Source of the DNA: an uncultured Bacilli bacterium
GTDB lineage: Bacteria; Bacillota_I; Bacilli_A; RF39; UBA660
NCBI GenBank assembly: GCA_947626095.1
Contig: CANQQV010000007.1
Location: 18,464 to 82,463 of the forward strand
Length of the DNA: 64,000 nucleotides
Reading direction: 5' to 3'
This document shows positions 1 to 10,330 of the stretch, in pieces. The notes beneath the pieces are model-generated. The model was not told where the DNA came from. It saw nothing but the letters and a program-made list of their open reading frames with translations, and did no database searches. Within the stretch, counting starts at the first letter, position 1. Each line of letters begins with the position of its first letter. A program made the position numbers and the translations under genes.

Positions 1-986
1 ACTGATAAAATACCACCTTTAGTTTCAGTAGGAGCATTTATTGTATTTGAAGCAAATATATAAGGACTTGAATCTTCACCCTTTAAAGTAAAATATTCTT
101 TAATATAATTACTAGCGGCAAATTTTTCTTCCCCAACAGTACTCATCAAGTTAATAGAGTTAAGATTTATTTCCTCTATCTTAGCATCTTCAAATAAACC
201 TAATGCTAAACCTGAAAAGTAGTCAGCTGATGATTTTTCCCAGAAAGGATCCTTATTATTAGGATCATACAAAATATTTAACGCAACGTCATCTAGTAAC
301 TCAGTTGCTTTATCAAAATTACCATCTTTATAGTATTGATAAGGTAAAGTAAGTGGGTTCCAAGCATTACCATTTTGTGGCTCACGAAAGTTTAAAATAA
401 CAACATTATAACCTCTCTGCCTCATATAGTCGCTAGACGCTTTATATAATTCACCTTTAGGGTCAGTTATAACCATACTTTCGCCTTTTTTAATTAAAAG
501 TTCAACCATTGGTTCAACAACCGTTTGTGATTTACCTGAACCAGTAGAACCTATAACCAAATTATGATATTCACCATTATCTACCCATAATCTTTTACCA
601 TCATTAACTAAAGGAATACCAGCAGCTTTTGTTTCTTGAGCTAAAGGTTCTACAATTTCAACGTCTTTATCATTTTTTATTTCTCTATCTTTTGACCATC
701 TTGAATAACCTTTACTTTCCTTTTCACCTATTTCTAAGCCTACACCTTTTTTTCTTTCAAAAACCAAAGAAGAAACACTTGTAAAAATTAAAACTAAAAG
801 TATTAAAAATAAAACTAAAGTCGCTCCTAAGAATTCTGTTAATCCAGGTATTGGATTTAATCCTGAAAAGGCTCCTGTTTCTCCAAAAGAATTTATATTA
901 GCTGTCGCAATTGCACAAAGATATAACAAAAATCCCGCAAAAATCGCAAACATTATCAAATCTTTACTTGAAATACGAAATTTCAT
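1..986 (-). CDS. virD4: Type IV coupling protein, VirD4/TraG family (3' end runs off the window; not in the ORF track)
   Basis: Manual translation from ATG 986: MKFRISSKDL..., two N-terminal TM segments, GYSRW motif, Walker A HNLVIGSTGSGKS, ITDPKGEL, AWNPL, DPFWEKS. Confidence 0.9.
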   Translation of the reverse strand, partial: MKFRISSKDLIMFAIFAGFLLYLCAIATANINSFGETGAFSGLNPIPGLTEFLGATLVLFLILLVLIFTSVSSLVFERKKGVGLEIGEKESKGYSRWSKDREIKNDKDVEIVEPLAQETKAAGIPLVNDGKRLWVDNGEYHNLVIGSTGSGKSQTVVEPMVELLIKKGESMVITDPKGELYKASSDYMRQRGYNVVILNFREPQNGNAWNPLTLPYQYYKDGNFDKATELLDDVALNILYDPNNKDPFWEKSSADYFSGLALGLFEDAKIEEINLNSINLMSTVGEEKFAASNYIKEYFTLKGEDSSPYIFASNTINAPTETKGGILS

Positions 987-1032
987 GAGTCTTCCACCCC
1001 AAATCTATTAATATTATACTACATATCAAGTT

Positions 1033-1059
1033 AAAAATAAAAGGCTTTATTGACCTTTT
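1033..1059 (-). terminator. Probable weak intrinsic terminator after the lipoprotein gene
   Basis: Minus strand AAAGG-TCAATAAAG-CCTTT followed by a T-rich tract. Confidence 0.4.
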
Positions 1060-1067
1060 ACTTATTA

Positions 1068-1844
1068 TTATTTTTTTGTAATTTTTGTAATAATTAAAAC
1101 AAATATAAAGAACAATCCTAAAGCTCCAATAGCTATTAAAATAGGATTCTGATTAGCTATTTTACTAACCTCAGATTCGTTCTTCTTATCCTTCTTAGTA
1201 ACAGTTATTCCACCACTTTCACTACCCGATGGATTACTAGGATTACTAGGTTCAGTACTTTCTCCCTTACTTATATCATAAAGAATATAAATACTCTTCT
1301 TACTACTAGGAGTAAATACCCAAGTATATACATTATCCTTAACTGAATCAGCATTATTCTCTTTAACTGGATATTCTGACTTAATATTAATCTTTACTTC
1401 CGTCAAATTAGGATGATCTTTAAACAATAAAATTCCTGCATTATCAGTTGATAAAGATATTGTCTTTTCATTAGTATCTTTAATAATTGATGGTGAAGAA
1501 AATGCCTTCTTTACACTACTAGCTTTATTATAATTACCTAAACCATAATTATATTTATAATATAAAATATATCCGTTACTTAACTCCGTACTAGATTTTT
1601 CATAATATTCTATTCCTGGTTCTTTTTGATCAGGCATCGTATCAACTATTTCTACATCAGCACATGCTGGCATAAAATTTCTAAAAGCCAATCCCATTTG
1701 TTCTTTATTATAATAATTATCTTGCAAAGCTGTAATAGATACATTTTCTTCTATACTATCTTCTTTAACTACTATATTAACATTAGCACTACATCCACAC
1801 AGTAAAACCATCAAACAACTTAATATAACTAACTTAATTTTCAT
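1068..1844 (-). CDS. Lipoprotein with C-terminal TM anchor (LppM-like), T4SS-associated
   Basis: Lipobox LLCGC, beta-rich body ending in NADSVKDNVYTW, Pro/Ser linker, C-terminal hydrophobic helix plus KK; 4-nt overlap with the upstream gene. Confidence 0.6.
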   Translation of the reverse strand: MKIKLVILSCLMVLLCGCSANVNIVVKEDSIEENVSITALQDNYYNKEQMGLAFRNFMPACADVEIVDTMPDQKEPGIEYYEKSSTELSNGYILYYKYNYGLGNYNKASSVKKAFSSPSIIKDTNEKTISLSTDNAGILLFKDHPNLTEVKINIKSEYPVKENNADSVKDNVYTWVFTPSSKKSIYILYDISKGESTEPSNPSNPSGSESGGITVTKKDKKNESEVSKIANQNPILIAIGALGLFFIFVLIITKITKK

Positions 1845-4306
1845 GTTCCTTCACTCCTTTGATGAGTACTATACCATCCATCCATTTTAATACCCCAATA
1901 TCCTGAACTATTAAATGGTCTTCTTGTAAATAATACTCCAGCCGCATTACCACTAGCTTCAGCACAAATATAATTACCAGTTGATTCTTCAATACCAACT
2001 ACTAATACAATATGCCCACTCGATTCTAATAAATCTCCTGGTTCCAAAATCGCACTATTTGTTAAAGAAACTTTTTGTACACCTGACATATTTTGGAATC
2101 CACCAGCTAACATTTGTGCAATATTAAAGCCACCATTCTTAATCGCCCATGGTACAAAACCAGAACAATCTAAACCACAATAATTATAAGATTGATTATT
2201 AGCATAAGTATGACATTGCGTACTACCCCAATAACCTAAAGCACCAATTACAACACCATCAGCGTGTCCACCACCCCAATAATAAGGCACTTTAACATTA
2301 TAATTATTACCTAATTCTGCAATTAACGTAACTGCCGCTGCAACTACTCCAGCTCTAGTTCCAAATCCAGCTTTTTCAACATTCTTTTCTATTAAACCAT
2401 TAAAAGCTTCCAAACTAGTACCTTGCTTTTCTAAGAATGAATCTAATGGTTCATGTAAAATAGTATGACCATCCGAAGATAATACATAATCCCCATAATC
2501 AATAATTCCACTTGAACAAGTAGCACCAGATATTGAACCACCACCATAATGAATACTTAATATTTCATCATAAGTATGTCCTTCAGCTTCTAATCTACTC
2601 CATTCTTGTTGATCAGTATTAATATAATCTGTATGTACTACATTTCCACTATCATCGACTAATACTTTTCCTTTAACTTCTTCAGCAACAGCCAAAACTT
2701 CCTCTTTAGTTGCTTCATCCAAAGCCCTTTTCCAAATAGTTCCACTATTTATTTCTGGTGAATAAAGTGAAATAGCCCCTCTATCATAACGATAAATATC
2801 TTTATCATAATCCCAATAAACTTGATCAGCTTCACAAGCACGCATCCTTATTTTACCAGTATTTTGATTATAACCATAAAAACAATCATCAGGATTACTT
2901 GGACACATTGAAGAATTTCTTGTTAAAGCAAAATTCCTTGCTGCTACTATCTCTGTTTTAAAATACTCAGGTTTATCCCTAGAATAACCTACTTCAGCTA
3001 AAGCAACACCAACAACATATTTTTCAAAATCAACAGTTTCTAAAACAGTATAATTACTTGCTTTAGCATCACAATTAACTAACTCGACTTGTATTCCCTC
3101 TAAATTAACTGTTCCAGTTGTTAAAACACCATTTAAAGAATAATTACATTTACCATTACTTTTACCATTACCATCTAATTCATCAGATAAAGTAGTAATT
3201 ATTAATATTAAAAAGAATAAAATTACAATAGCTAAAATAATTGCAACATGTGGATGAGTCTTTAAAAAATTAATTATCGCTTTTTTCGCAGTACCTAACG
3301 CCTTATTAAAAGCATTATTACCAGACTTTCCACTACGTCCATTACTATTATCCGAAACATCTCCCTCTGTTCCAGCTTTACCACTCAATAAATTCTTTAA
3401 ACCACTTTTAAGTCTAGCTCCAATAGAAGGAGTAACTTCTTCATTAATGCTACCACTAGAACTCTTTGCATTACTTTGATTATTACTATTTTCTCCTTCA
3501 CGTACTCTTCTTGAATGTTCTAAATTTTGACGAAATCTATCTGGCTTTTCTCCCTCCTGCGCCTCTGGCTTTCTTCGTAGATTTCGATAATTATTAGCCG
3601 TTTGGCCATTATTTTGACTATTATTTTGTTCATCTACTTTATCTTTATCTAGCTTATTAGGTGCTTCAGGATTCTTCTCACTATCACCAGGTTTTACATC
3701 TTTATTATCACCATTTTTATCATCTTTATTTTGTTCATCTTTTTCAGGCTTATTACCGCCATTTTTATCATCTTTACTATCTTGATCTTCTAAATCATTT
3801 TTTCTTGGTAATCCACCACTACCATTTCCCTCAGTATTTTCAGGTACACTCGGATTATTTCCCTGATAACCACTATTTCTTCGAATAGGTTGATCACTAG
3901 AATTATCAACCGGTCTCGGTTCACTTGGTGGCATAGAACTACCATAATCCTTACCAACATCAGGGGCACCTTCTCGTGGATTTGCCTTTTTAACTGGTGT
4001 TGTTGGACGTTCTTCCTTACCACCTGAATCTTTATTCAATCCCATATCTTTTTTTGGTAAACTAGAAGCTTTTTGGACATTATTAGCACCAGTATCATTC
4101 ATCATTGCATTAGGATTATATCCCTTAGCCATTGCTTTATCTAAATCTTTACTTGCATCAGCAAGATCACTACTAGCTTTTTTTAAATTTTGTGCATGTT
4201 CTAAATTATCTCTATTTAAATCTTTTAAACTAGCTTCAACAGCACTATCCTTATCAGGCTCTAAATCAATCTTTACTTTAAATTCATTATCAGAATCTTG
4301 TGCCAT
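1841..4306 (-). CDS. Membrane-anchored peptidoglycan hydrolase (VirB1 role): disordered N-terminus, TM, SpoIID/LytB-like domain, NlpC/P60 domain
   Basis: FEKYVVGVALAEVG, IVAARNFAL, DQVY and TYDEILSIHY are SpoIID-like; PYYWGG, GLDCSGFV, PGDLL and GHIVLV are NlpC/P60. ATG 4306 follows an RBS-like GGAAGTGG (ORF track starts at 4321). Confidence 0.8.
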   Translation of the reverse strand: MAQDSDNEFKVKIDLEPDKDSAVEASLKDLNRDNLEHAQNLKKASSDLADASKDLDKAMAKGYNPNAMMNDTGANNVQKASSLPKKDMGLNKDSGGKEERPTTPVKKANPREGAPDVGKDYGSSMPPSEPRPVDNSSDQPIRRNSGYQGNNPSVPENTEGNGSGGLPRKNDLEDQDSKDDKNGGNKPEKDEQNKDDKNGDNKDVKPGDSEKNPEAPNKLDKDKVDEQNNSQNNGQTANNYRNLRRKPEAQEGEKPDRFRQNLEHSRRVREGENSNNQSNAKSSSGSINEEVTPSIGARLKSGLKNLLSGKAGTEGDVSDNSNGRSGKSGNNAFNKALGTAKKAIINFLKTHPHVAIILAIVILFFLILIITTLSDELDGNGKSNGKCNYSLNGVLTTGTVNLEGIQVELVNCDAKASNYTVLETVDFEKYVVGVALAEVGYSRDKPEYFKTEIVAARNFALTRNSSMCPSNPDDCFYGYNQNTGKIRMRACEADQVYWDYDKDIYRYDRGAISLYSPEINSGTIWKRALDEATKEEVLAVAEEVKGKVLVDDSGNVVHTDYINTDQQEWSRLEAEGHTYDEILSIHYGGGSISGATCSSGIIDYGDYVLSSDGHTILHEPLDSFLEKQGTSLEAFNGLIEKNVEKAGFGTRAGVVAAAVTLIAELGNNYNVKVPYYWGGGHADGVVIGALGYWGSTQCHTYANNQSYNYCGLDCSGFVPWAIKNGGFNIAQMLAGGFQNMSGVQKVSLTNSAILEPGDLLESSGHIVLVVGIEESTGNYICAEASGNAAGVLFTRRPFNSSGYWGIKMDGWYSTHQRSEGT

Positions 4307-4353
4307 AATTACCACTTCCACACTAAATAAAGTATATCATAAAAGCCCAAAAG

Positions 4354-4376
4354 AAAAAAGCCGATAAACGGCTTAT
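4354..4376 (-). terminator. Intrinsic terminator after virB4
   Basis: AAGCCG-TTTAT-CGGCTT followed by TTTT on the minus strand. Confidence 0.6.
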
Positions 4377-4379
4377 TTA

Positions 4380-6164
4380 CTATAATCCACCACCTGCACC
4401 AAAAGAATCTAATTCCTCTTGTGTACATAGGACTCTAACTCTCATACGTCGACTACCACAAATGAATAAAGCTTCACCTTGGTTATAATATTTAATACTA
4501 TCCATTTCACTTTCATTTAAGTCAATTAATAAACCTAAATCTTCAACCGCTTGTTTCTTTAAGTTCATTACTAAATAATACGAAGCATTATCAAATATTG
4601 CTTTACCATGAACAATTAAGTTTGGTGCCGCAAAATCAGTAGGTTGTTGTGTAATCAAAATAGTACCAGTATTATACTTACGAGCACGTCTTTGCATTTG
4701 GGCTAAGAACTCAGCACCTAATTCATTTCTCGTTGATAATAAAACGTGAGCTTCATCAACACATAAAACAGTTGTTGTTTCTTTATCAAGACATAATCCC
4801 CAAGCATACTTCAAAATATTAAAGAACAATGCATTTCTAATATTTTCATCACTATTCATTAATTCTTTAATATTAAAAACAATTATATCACTATTGATAT
4901 TTAAAGTTGTATGACCACAGAAATAATATCTTAATTCCTTCGTTAATGGACGAACTTTTAATTCAAGTCTTTCCATAACATCTCTTTCACGTGTCTTATC
5001 AGGCATTGAAAGTAAACGACCTTTAATTGTTGCATAAACATCATCAAATGTTGGAAAATCTTCTGATTTCAACGTTGCAAAATTAGTATCAAAGTCTATT
5101 TTATAACGTTTATATGTATCTTGAACTACTTCACTAAACATTGTTAAAACATCTTCTTCAATACTTGGTGAATAATACTTCATAAACGCTTTTAATGATT
5201 GTAAAGCTCTAGTTAAAACAGTATAACCTAAACCCTGGTCTAACTCATCTTGATCAGCATCTGGTACAACTTCAAGTGGATTTATCATACCATAATCTCC
5301 ACCTTTACCTAAATCAAGGTAACTACCATTTACATTACGACACATTTCTTCAAGTTCACCCTCAGGGTCAACACAAATTACTTTATATCCGTTTCTAATA
5401 TGACTTCTAATTAATAACTTAGCCGCAGTTGATTTACCACTACCAGAAGTACCTAAAATAATCATATTAGCATTATTTCTATTATGTTCTTTTTTTATTT
5501 TAAATAAGAATTGATTAAATAAGATAACACCACCAGAAAAATCAACACCCATTAAAGTTGAATCTCCTGGATCCTTAATACTATCAAAAACAAAAGGATA
5601 CATTGCAGCTATTGTAATAGAAGGTATTGGTGTTCCAATTCTATTTTCAATATCTTGTTTAGGGAATATTGGAATAATTGACTTAAGAACCTTCTCTTGT
5701 TCAAACATAAGAGGAATAGCCTTCATACCTAAAGCATCAACATAACTACGTACTTGCATTTTCTTCATTTCAAGTTCTTCTTCACTATCAGCTGTAATCA
5801 TAATATGTAATTGAAAATCAAAAATTCTTGCTTGTGTTGCTGCTAGCATTGAAATAAATCCTTCTAATGACTCATAATCTTGTCTAATTCTCTCTTGAAT
5901 AGTTTGATCTCTCTCAGATTGATAACGCATCTTCAAATCAGCTATCTCTTTATTAAGCATACTTTGTAAAGTTGAGAATTCAATTGGAATATGTTTAGCT
6001 ACCAACTTAACTCCAGATATATAAGTTAAATCAGATAAATATCCAGGATTAATAAACTTAGGATAACTAATAACAGTCATTATTGTCGCATTCTTACCAC
6101 TTATGATAAATTCCATTGGTTTAAATTGTAGCCCTTTAGGAGCTACTTCACTTTTTATATTCAT
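4380..6164 (-). CDS. virB4: VirB4-family T4SS ATPase (short, 594 aa)
   Basis: NANMIILGTSGSGKS Walker A, VDPEGE, INPLE, VDEAH Walker B, RRARKY, ITQQ, GEALF. Confidence 0.92.
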   Translation of the reverse strand: MNIKSEVAPKGLQFKPMEFIISGKNATIMTVISYPKFINPGYLSDLTYISGVKLVAKHIPIEFSTLQSMLNKEIADLKMRYQSERDQTIQERIRQDYESLEGFISMLAATQARIFDFQLHIMITADSEEELEMKKMQVRSYVDALGMKAIPLMFEQEKVLKSIIPIFPKQDIENRIGTPIPSITIAAMYPFVFDSIKDPGDSTLMGVDFSGGVILFNQFLFKIKKEHNRNNANMIILGTSGSGKSTAAKLLIRSHIRNGYKVICVDPEGELEEMCRNVNGSYLDLGKGGDYGMINPLEVVPDADQDELDQGLGYTVLTRALQSLKAFMKYYSPSIEEDVLTMFSEVVQDTYKRYKIDFDTNFATLKSEDFPTFDDVYATIKGRLLSMPDKTRERDVMERLELKVRPLTKELRYYFCGHTTLNINSDIIVFNIKELMNSDENIRNALFFNILKYAWGLCLDKETTTVLCVDEAHVLLSTRNELGAEFLAQMQRRARKYNTGTILITQQPTDFAAPNLIVHGKAIFDNASYYLVMNLKKQAVEDLGLLIDLNESEMDSIKYYNQGEALFICGSRRMRVRVLCTQEELDSFGAGGGL

Positions 6165-6739
6165 TGTGTTCTCACCGTCCCAAAAGTCGTTGTCATACCA
6201 CCATTTAAGAAATTATCTAAGATCATTCTTAAATCGGCATTTGAAACTTGAGTTGAATTAATGGAAGCATTAGCAAGTCCCGCAATTAAATTACGAATAC
6301 GTTTTTGAATAATTTCCATCCTTTTTTCTTTAAATAATATAAAATACTCAGTATCTACAACATTATATTCCGCCCCCATAAAGGCATTAGCTTTATTAAT
6401 ATCTTGGATAATAAGTTTTCTAATAGTTCCATCCCCACATTTTTGATATAAAAGTTGTAACTGTGATAAATACAAATTAATATCAACTGGACGATCTGCT
6501 ACTACTAACCAAAACTCATAATCAATCATATTATAAAAGTTTTGTAAATTGAAGATAACGTTTTCTCTTTCACCAGCATCCAAAATAAAGATATTTTTAG
6601 GTGCTACTTTAATTCCAGTAACATAATAACCATTATCTAACTGAATCATTCCATTCATTATATTCTTAATAGGAACCCAGTCTTCAGAATATTTACTAGA
6701 ACCATCACTACTTGAATTGCTGTTTACTTGTTCTATCAT
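6161..6739 (-). CDS. VirB4-associated small protein (TraC/PrgI-extension-like)
   Basis: Lies between prgI and virB4 and overlaps both. IKNIMNGMIQLDNG, ERENVIFNLQNFYNMIDY and RPVDINLYL resemble the soluble protein preceding short VirB4s. Start chosen by AAGGT spacing. Confidence 0.6.
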   Translation of the reverse strand: MIEQVNSNSSSDGSSKYSEDWVPIKNIMNGMIQLDNGYYVTGIKVAPKNIFILDAGERENVIFNLQNFYNMIDYEFWLVVADRPVDINLYLSQLQLLYQKCGDGTIRKLIIQDINKANAFMGAEYNVVDTEYFILFKEKRMEIIQKRIRNLIAGLANASINSTQVSNADLRMILDNFLNGGMTTTFGTVRTQ

Positions 6740-7046
6740 CGCCATACCTTGCACACCAACCTCTCCAATAATATTTTTTTCTTCCAGTATAAAATCTATA
6801 TATATTACCCAATAATGTCATAACATTATGATAATTAGGTACCGGAGCAACCAAAAAGGATGCAAATAAGGCAGGTGCTAATAATGCAAACATAACACCT
6901 GTACTATTAGATTCTATTAATAATAGTAATAAAACTGTTATTCCAACTCCTGTTAAAAAGATTGCCAAATCAACAGGAGTGAAAAAACTAAGTATTAATT
7001 GTGACTTTTTTGAGTTAGCTGGAATCAAGAAATTATTTCCATTCAT
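6708..7046 (-). CDS. PrgI/VirB3-like membrane protein
   Basis: 112 aa, FLIP N-terminal motif, two TM helices, basic/aromatic RKKYYW tail; position upstream of virB4. Confidence 0.7.
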   Translation of the reverse strand: MNGNNFLIPANSKKSQLILSFFTPVDLAIFLTGVGITVLLLLLIESNSTGVMFALLAPALFASFLVAPVPNYHNVMTLLGNIYRFYTGRKKYYWRGWCARYGDDRTSKQQFK

Positions 7047-7067
7047 ATATCACACATTCCCTTCATT

Positions 7068-9896
7068 CTATGATTTTTTACTTTCCTTTTGCGCTCTTTC
7101 ACGACTCTTAGCATTACGATATGTATCAGAATCTCTGAAATTCTGTTCAGCAGTTTCTGCAGTAGTTTTCATCTTAGAAGCTCTAGATTCTGCTTTTTGT
7201 CCAGGAACAGTAGATCTCGAACTATCAACCTCAGTACCACTACTTGCTACATAGCTTCGGAAATCCTCTGCTGAAATATTAGAACGTTCGACTGTAGCTC
7301 CATTTTTAACAGTATATTTAACATCATCACCACTTGCATCAACCTCTACTGTACGACCGTTCTTTAATTCCAAAGTAAATCTTCCTACGCCTTTGTTCAT
7401 TGTTGTAAAGTCTACAACACCACTAATAGCATTTGCTCCAAAGTTTTCAGTTATATAATCACCAAGTGATTGTTGACCATTAAATAATACATCACGATAA
7501 GTATCTAAATCTTGTTGATGAGTTTCAAAGAACGCTTTTAAAGCTCTTGAAGTATCATTATCTATTCCAGATGAAGCTTCAACCAATTTTCTTGCAACAG
7601 CTTCCTTCTTAGCCGCTTTAAGATCATCATCAGCTTTTTTACGATCTGCTAATAATTCTTCTTGGGCTTTTGCATATTCAGCTGATCTAACATCTACAGA
7701 ATAATCAGTACGTTTAAATGTTGATTGACCTAAATCTTTCATTTTACTAGAAATTAATGTTTCTCTTCTTCTTGCATAATCAGCATCACTTTCACCAGCT
7801 AATCTAGCTAAAGCACCAGCAGCTGTAAGATCATTAGTAGCCTTTTCACGTAAAGCATTAGAATAAGCATAATCTGCTATATCTGTTCTTGCTAAGTCAT
7901 CTATACGACGTTGTGCCTTATTAACATATTCATCTTTACCAACAATAGTATTTTCAAGTTGTGATTTAAGACCTGCCAAATCTTGGAAAAGCTTAACTTG
8001 TTTATCCATTTTAGACGTATCAATTGTACCAGTCGCCCAAACTGTAGCTTTCTTATAAGCATTGTTTACAGCTGTACCAAGAGCTGTAGAAGAATCCATT
8101 CTAACACGAGCATCAGTTAAAGCATTAGCAGCTGCTTCTAATGCCGCATCAGCTGCAACTTTTTGTGCTTGCGTAGCAGAAGGATCATGTGCTAATCTAT
8201 TAACTTCTTCTTGTGCAGCTTCATAAGCAGCTCTCGCTCTATTATAAGCCGTTACATCAGAAGCATGTTGTTCTTTACGTTCATCTCTATCTACACCACG
8301 TTGGAAAGCTGCTTCATTAGCTGTACCTGCAACTCTTGTAGCTTCAGCATGGGTATTTGCCATCTTATGACCTTCACCAGGTCCAAATTGTTGCCAAGAA
8401 CTACGTGCCATTGCTGAAGCACCTCCAGCAAACGCAGAACCCAATCTTTTAAATGCTCCTTGACCTTTATCTTTACCTTTATTCCAGTTTTGAACAGCAG
8501 TTTGTAAACCAGATCTTGCAACTGCTTCAGCTGCAAATCCTCCACCTTTTGCAAATTTCTCACCAATACCAAGTTTCATATCACCTTTCTTTATTCCTAA
8601 AGAACTAGTAATAAAATCTGGTGCACTTCTTGCAAAAGCAACTAAACCTAAAATAAGTAAAGCTAAAGCTAACATCGTTTCAATTCCTGATAAATTTTGA
8701 TTGCCCCATAAAGCATCAACTGACGAGAACATCTCCGTTAAATGACAAATTATATAAACGACAATATAAACTACTGAAATTCTAACAAAAACCTCCATAA
8801 AAGTCGAAACAACCGATTTTAAATACTGACTAAAATTTGATTTAAATGAAGGTAATACCTGCATAATGAGCGGCACTGGCGCAATAATCTGATAATAAGC
8901 TAACTTAGCTGCTCTAATACCCATATCAATACTAAATGATATAAAAGCATATAAAGTAAAAGCACCAGCTATAGTTGATAAACCAAATAAATAAGTTATA
9001 TCCCCATCATCAACATAGTTATCGAGGAATACTGTAAATACCCCAAATGATCCCCCACCAGCAGCATACGCATAAGCTTCAGATAAAGTTATCGAATCAC
9101 CATTAGTAATATTACTAACTTTTGAGGCAGTCATACCATCTACAACACTTGTAATACATGAATAAATAGCGGCTGCACCTAATAAAACACTAGCAATTTG
9201 TCCAATAACTGGTACACCATTAACAGCAACAGCCCCAGCTGCTAAACCAGCACAAGCACCTAAATAAGCCGCACTACTTAAGAAATAATCCTTAGGATCA
9301 GCCTCTATTTCATCAGCCGTCTTACCACTATCCTCAGATGGAAAGAAAAATGCTTGCCATAAACTAACCGCAGTAACACCGCCACCTATATGTTTAATTT
9401 GTTCATCAACATTAACATTTTGTTCAATCGGAATCGATGAATCACCAACATCAACACTCGACTGTCCCATGTTAATTTCCAAATCACTATTACCTCTAAA
9501 AAAGATTTTCGCTAAAACATCATGTTCCAAGAATAAACTTTGTCCTTGATACATAACATTAAAAATAACAGGAGCTAAAGCTAACCCAACAACAGCTATA
9601 ACAATTCTCTTAACTATTTGAGGACCAAGCTCATTTTTCATTGATTGATCAGGATCAATAATCGCTCTTAATATGGCATAAGCCAAAACAAAAAGCATTA
9701 CAACCCCAACAATGGCATAAACCTTATTAGCTATATCAGTATAAGCATCAGAAGATAATAATCTTGCTCCAGAAATAGCCATAAATATCCTAAAAACAGG
9801 AGCTATATTACCATAAATAACCATTGAATCTAAAAGTAAAATAATACCTACAAATCCACTAGTAAGAACAGATGTTAATTTAAATAAAACATGCAT
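7068..9896 (-). CDS. VirB6/TrbL-like polytopic membrane protein with long C-terminal helical extension
   Basis: Multiple TM segments, SIDMGIRAAKLAYYQIIAPVP motif, about 500-aa Ala/Lys-rich tail; RBS GAGGTG before ATG 9896. Confidence 0.75.
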   Translation of the reverse strand: MHVLFKLTSVLTSGFVGIILLLDSMVIYGNIAPVFRIFMAISGARLLSSDAYTDIANKVYAIVGVVMLFVLAYAILRAIIDPDQSMKNELGPQIVKRIVIAVVGLALAPVIFNVMYQGQSLFLEHDVLAKIFFRGNSDLEINMGQSSVDVGDSSIPIEQNVNVDEQIKHIGGGVTAVSLWQAFFFPSEDSGKTADEIEADPKDYFLSSAAYLGACAGLAAGAVAVNGVPVIGQIASVLLGAAAIYSCITSVVDGMTASKVSNITNGDSITLSEAYAYAAGGGSFGVFTVFLDNYVDDGDITYLFGLSTIAGAFTLYAFISFSIDMGIRAAKLAYYQIIAPVPLIMQVLPSFKSNFSQYLKSVVSTFMEVFVRISVVYIVVYIICHLTEMFSSVDALWGNQNLSGIETMLALALLILGLVAFARSAPDFITSSLGIKKGDMKLGIGEKFAKGGGFAAEAVARSGLQTAVQNWNKGKDKGQGAFKRLGSAFAGGASAMARSSWQQFGPGEGHKMANTHAEATRVAGTANEAAFQRGVDRDERKEQHASDVTAYNRARAAYEAAQEEVNRLAHDPSATQAQKVAADAALEAAANALTDARVRMDSSTALGTAVNNAYKKATVWATGTIDTSKMDKQVKLFQDLAGLKSQLENTIVGKDEYVNKAQRRIDDLARTDIADYAYSNALREKATNDLTAAGALARLAGESDADYARRRETLISSKMKDLGQSTFKRTDYSVDVRSAEYAKAQEELLADRKKADDDLKAAKKEAVARKLVEASSGIDNDTSRALKAFFETHQQDLDTYRDVLFNGQQSLGDYITENFGANAISGVVDFTTMNKGVGRFTLELKNGRTVEVDASGDDVKYTVKNGATVERSNISAEDFRSYVASSGTEVDSSRSTVPGQKAESRASKMKTTAETAEQNFRDSDTYRNAKSRERAQKESKKS

Positions 9897-9907
9897 TAAA
9901 ATCACCT

Positions 9908-10297
9908 CTAACTAATACCACACGTACCATACCAACCTAATAGACCAAACAAGAAGTTTATTAAATCAGGAATAAAGAAAAGGATTATCGCATAAACAAT
10001 TCTCTTACCTGTCATCTTAGCCGCTTTAGCTAAAGCTTCTTTATCTTGACTAGCCGTTGCCTTTACAAAATCAGCAATAGACATTGCTAAACACAATAAT
10101 GGTGCAGCATATTTAAACACATTAAACATTTGTTGCAAAAAATCAATTACTTCTTTATCAAAAACGCCACCACAATCATCACTATCAGCCAAACTATAAG
10201 TAACTTCATAAGAATTATCTAGTGCTTTTACCTCACTAGTAACTAAAAATAATCCCCCAATTAATACTAAAATAATCAAAAATAATTTTCTATGCAT
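9908..10297 (-). CDS. VirB2/TrbC-like conjugative pilin with signal peptide
   Basis: Signal peptide (VKA|L), two hydrophobic helices separated by DFVKATASQDKEALAKA; RBS GAGGTG. Confidence 0.65.
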   Translation of the reverse strand: MHRKLFLIILVLIGGLFLVTSEVKALDNSYEVTYSLADSDDCGGVFDKEVIDFLQQMFNVFKYAAPLLCLAMSIADFVKATASQDKEALAKAAKMTGKRIVYAIILFFIPDLINFLFGLLGWYGTCGIS

Positions 10298-10330
10298 AGA
10301 AAACACCTCATATCATAGAAATTATACCAT

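Noticed and set aside
1222-1252. GGATTACTA tandem repeat
   Set aside because: Two copies encoding a PSNPSNPS linker; not CRISPR or a phase-variation tract.
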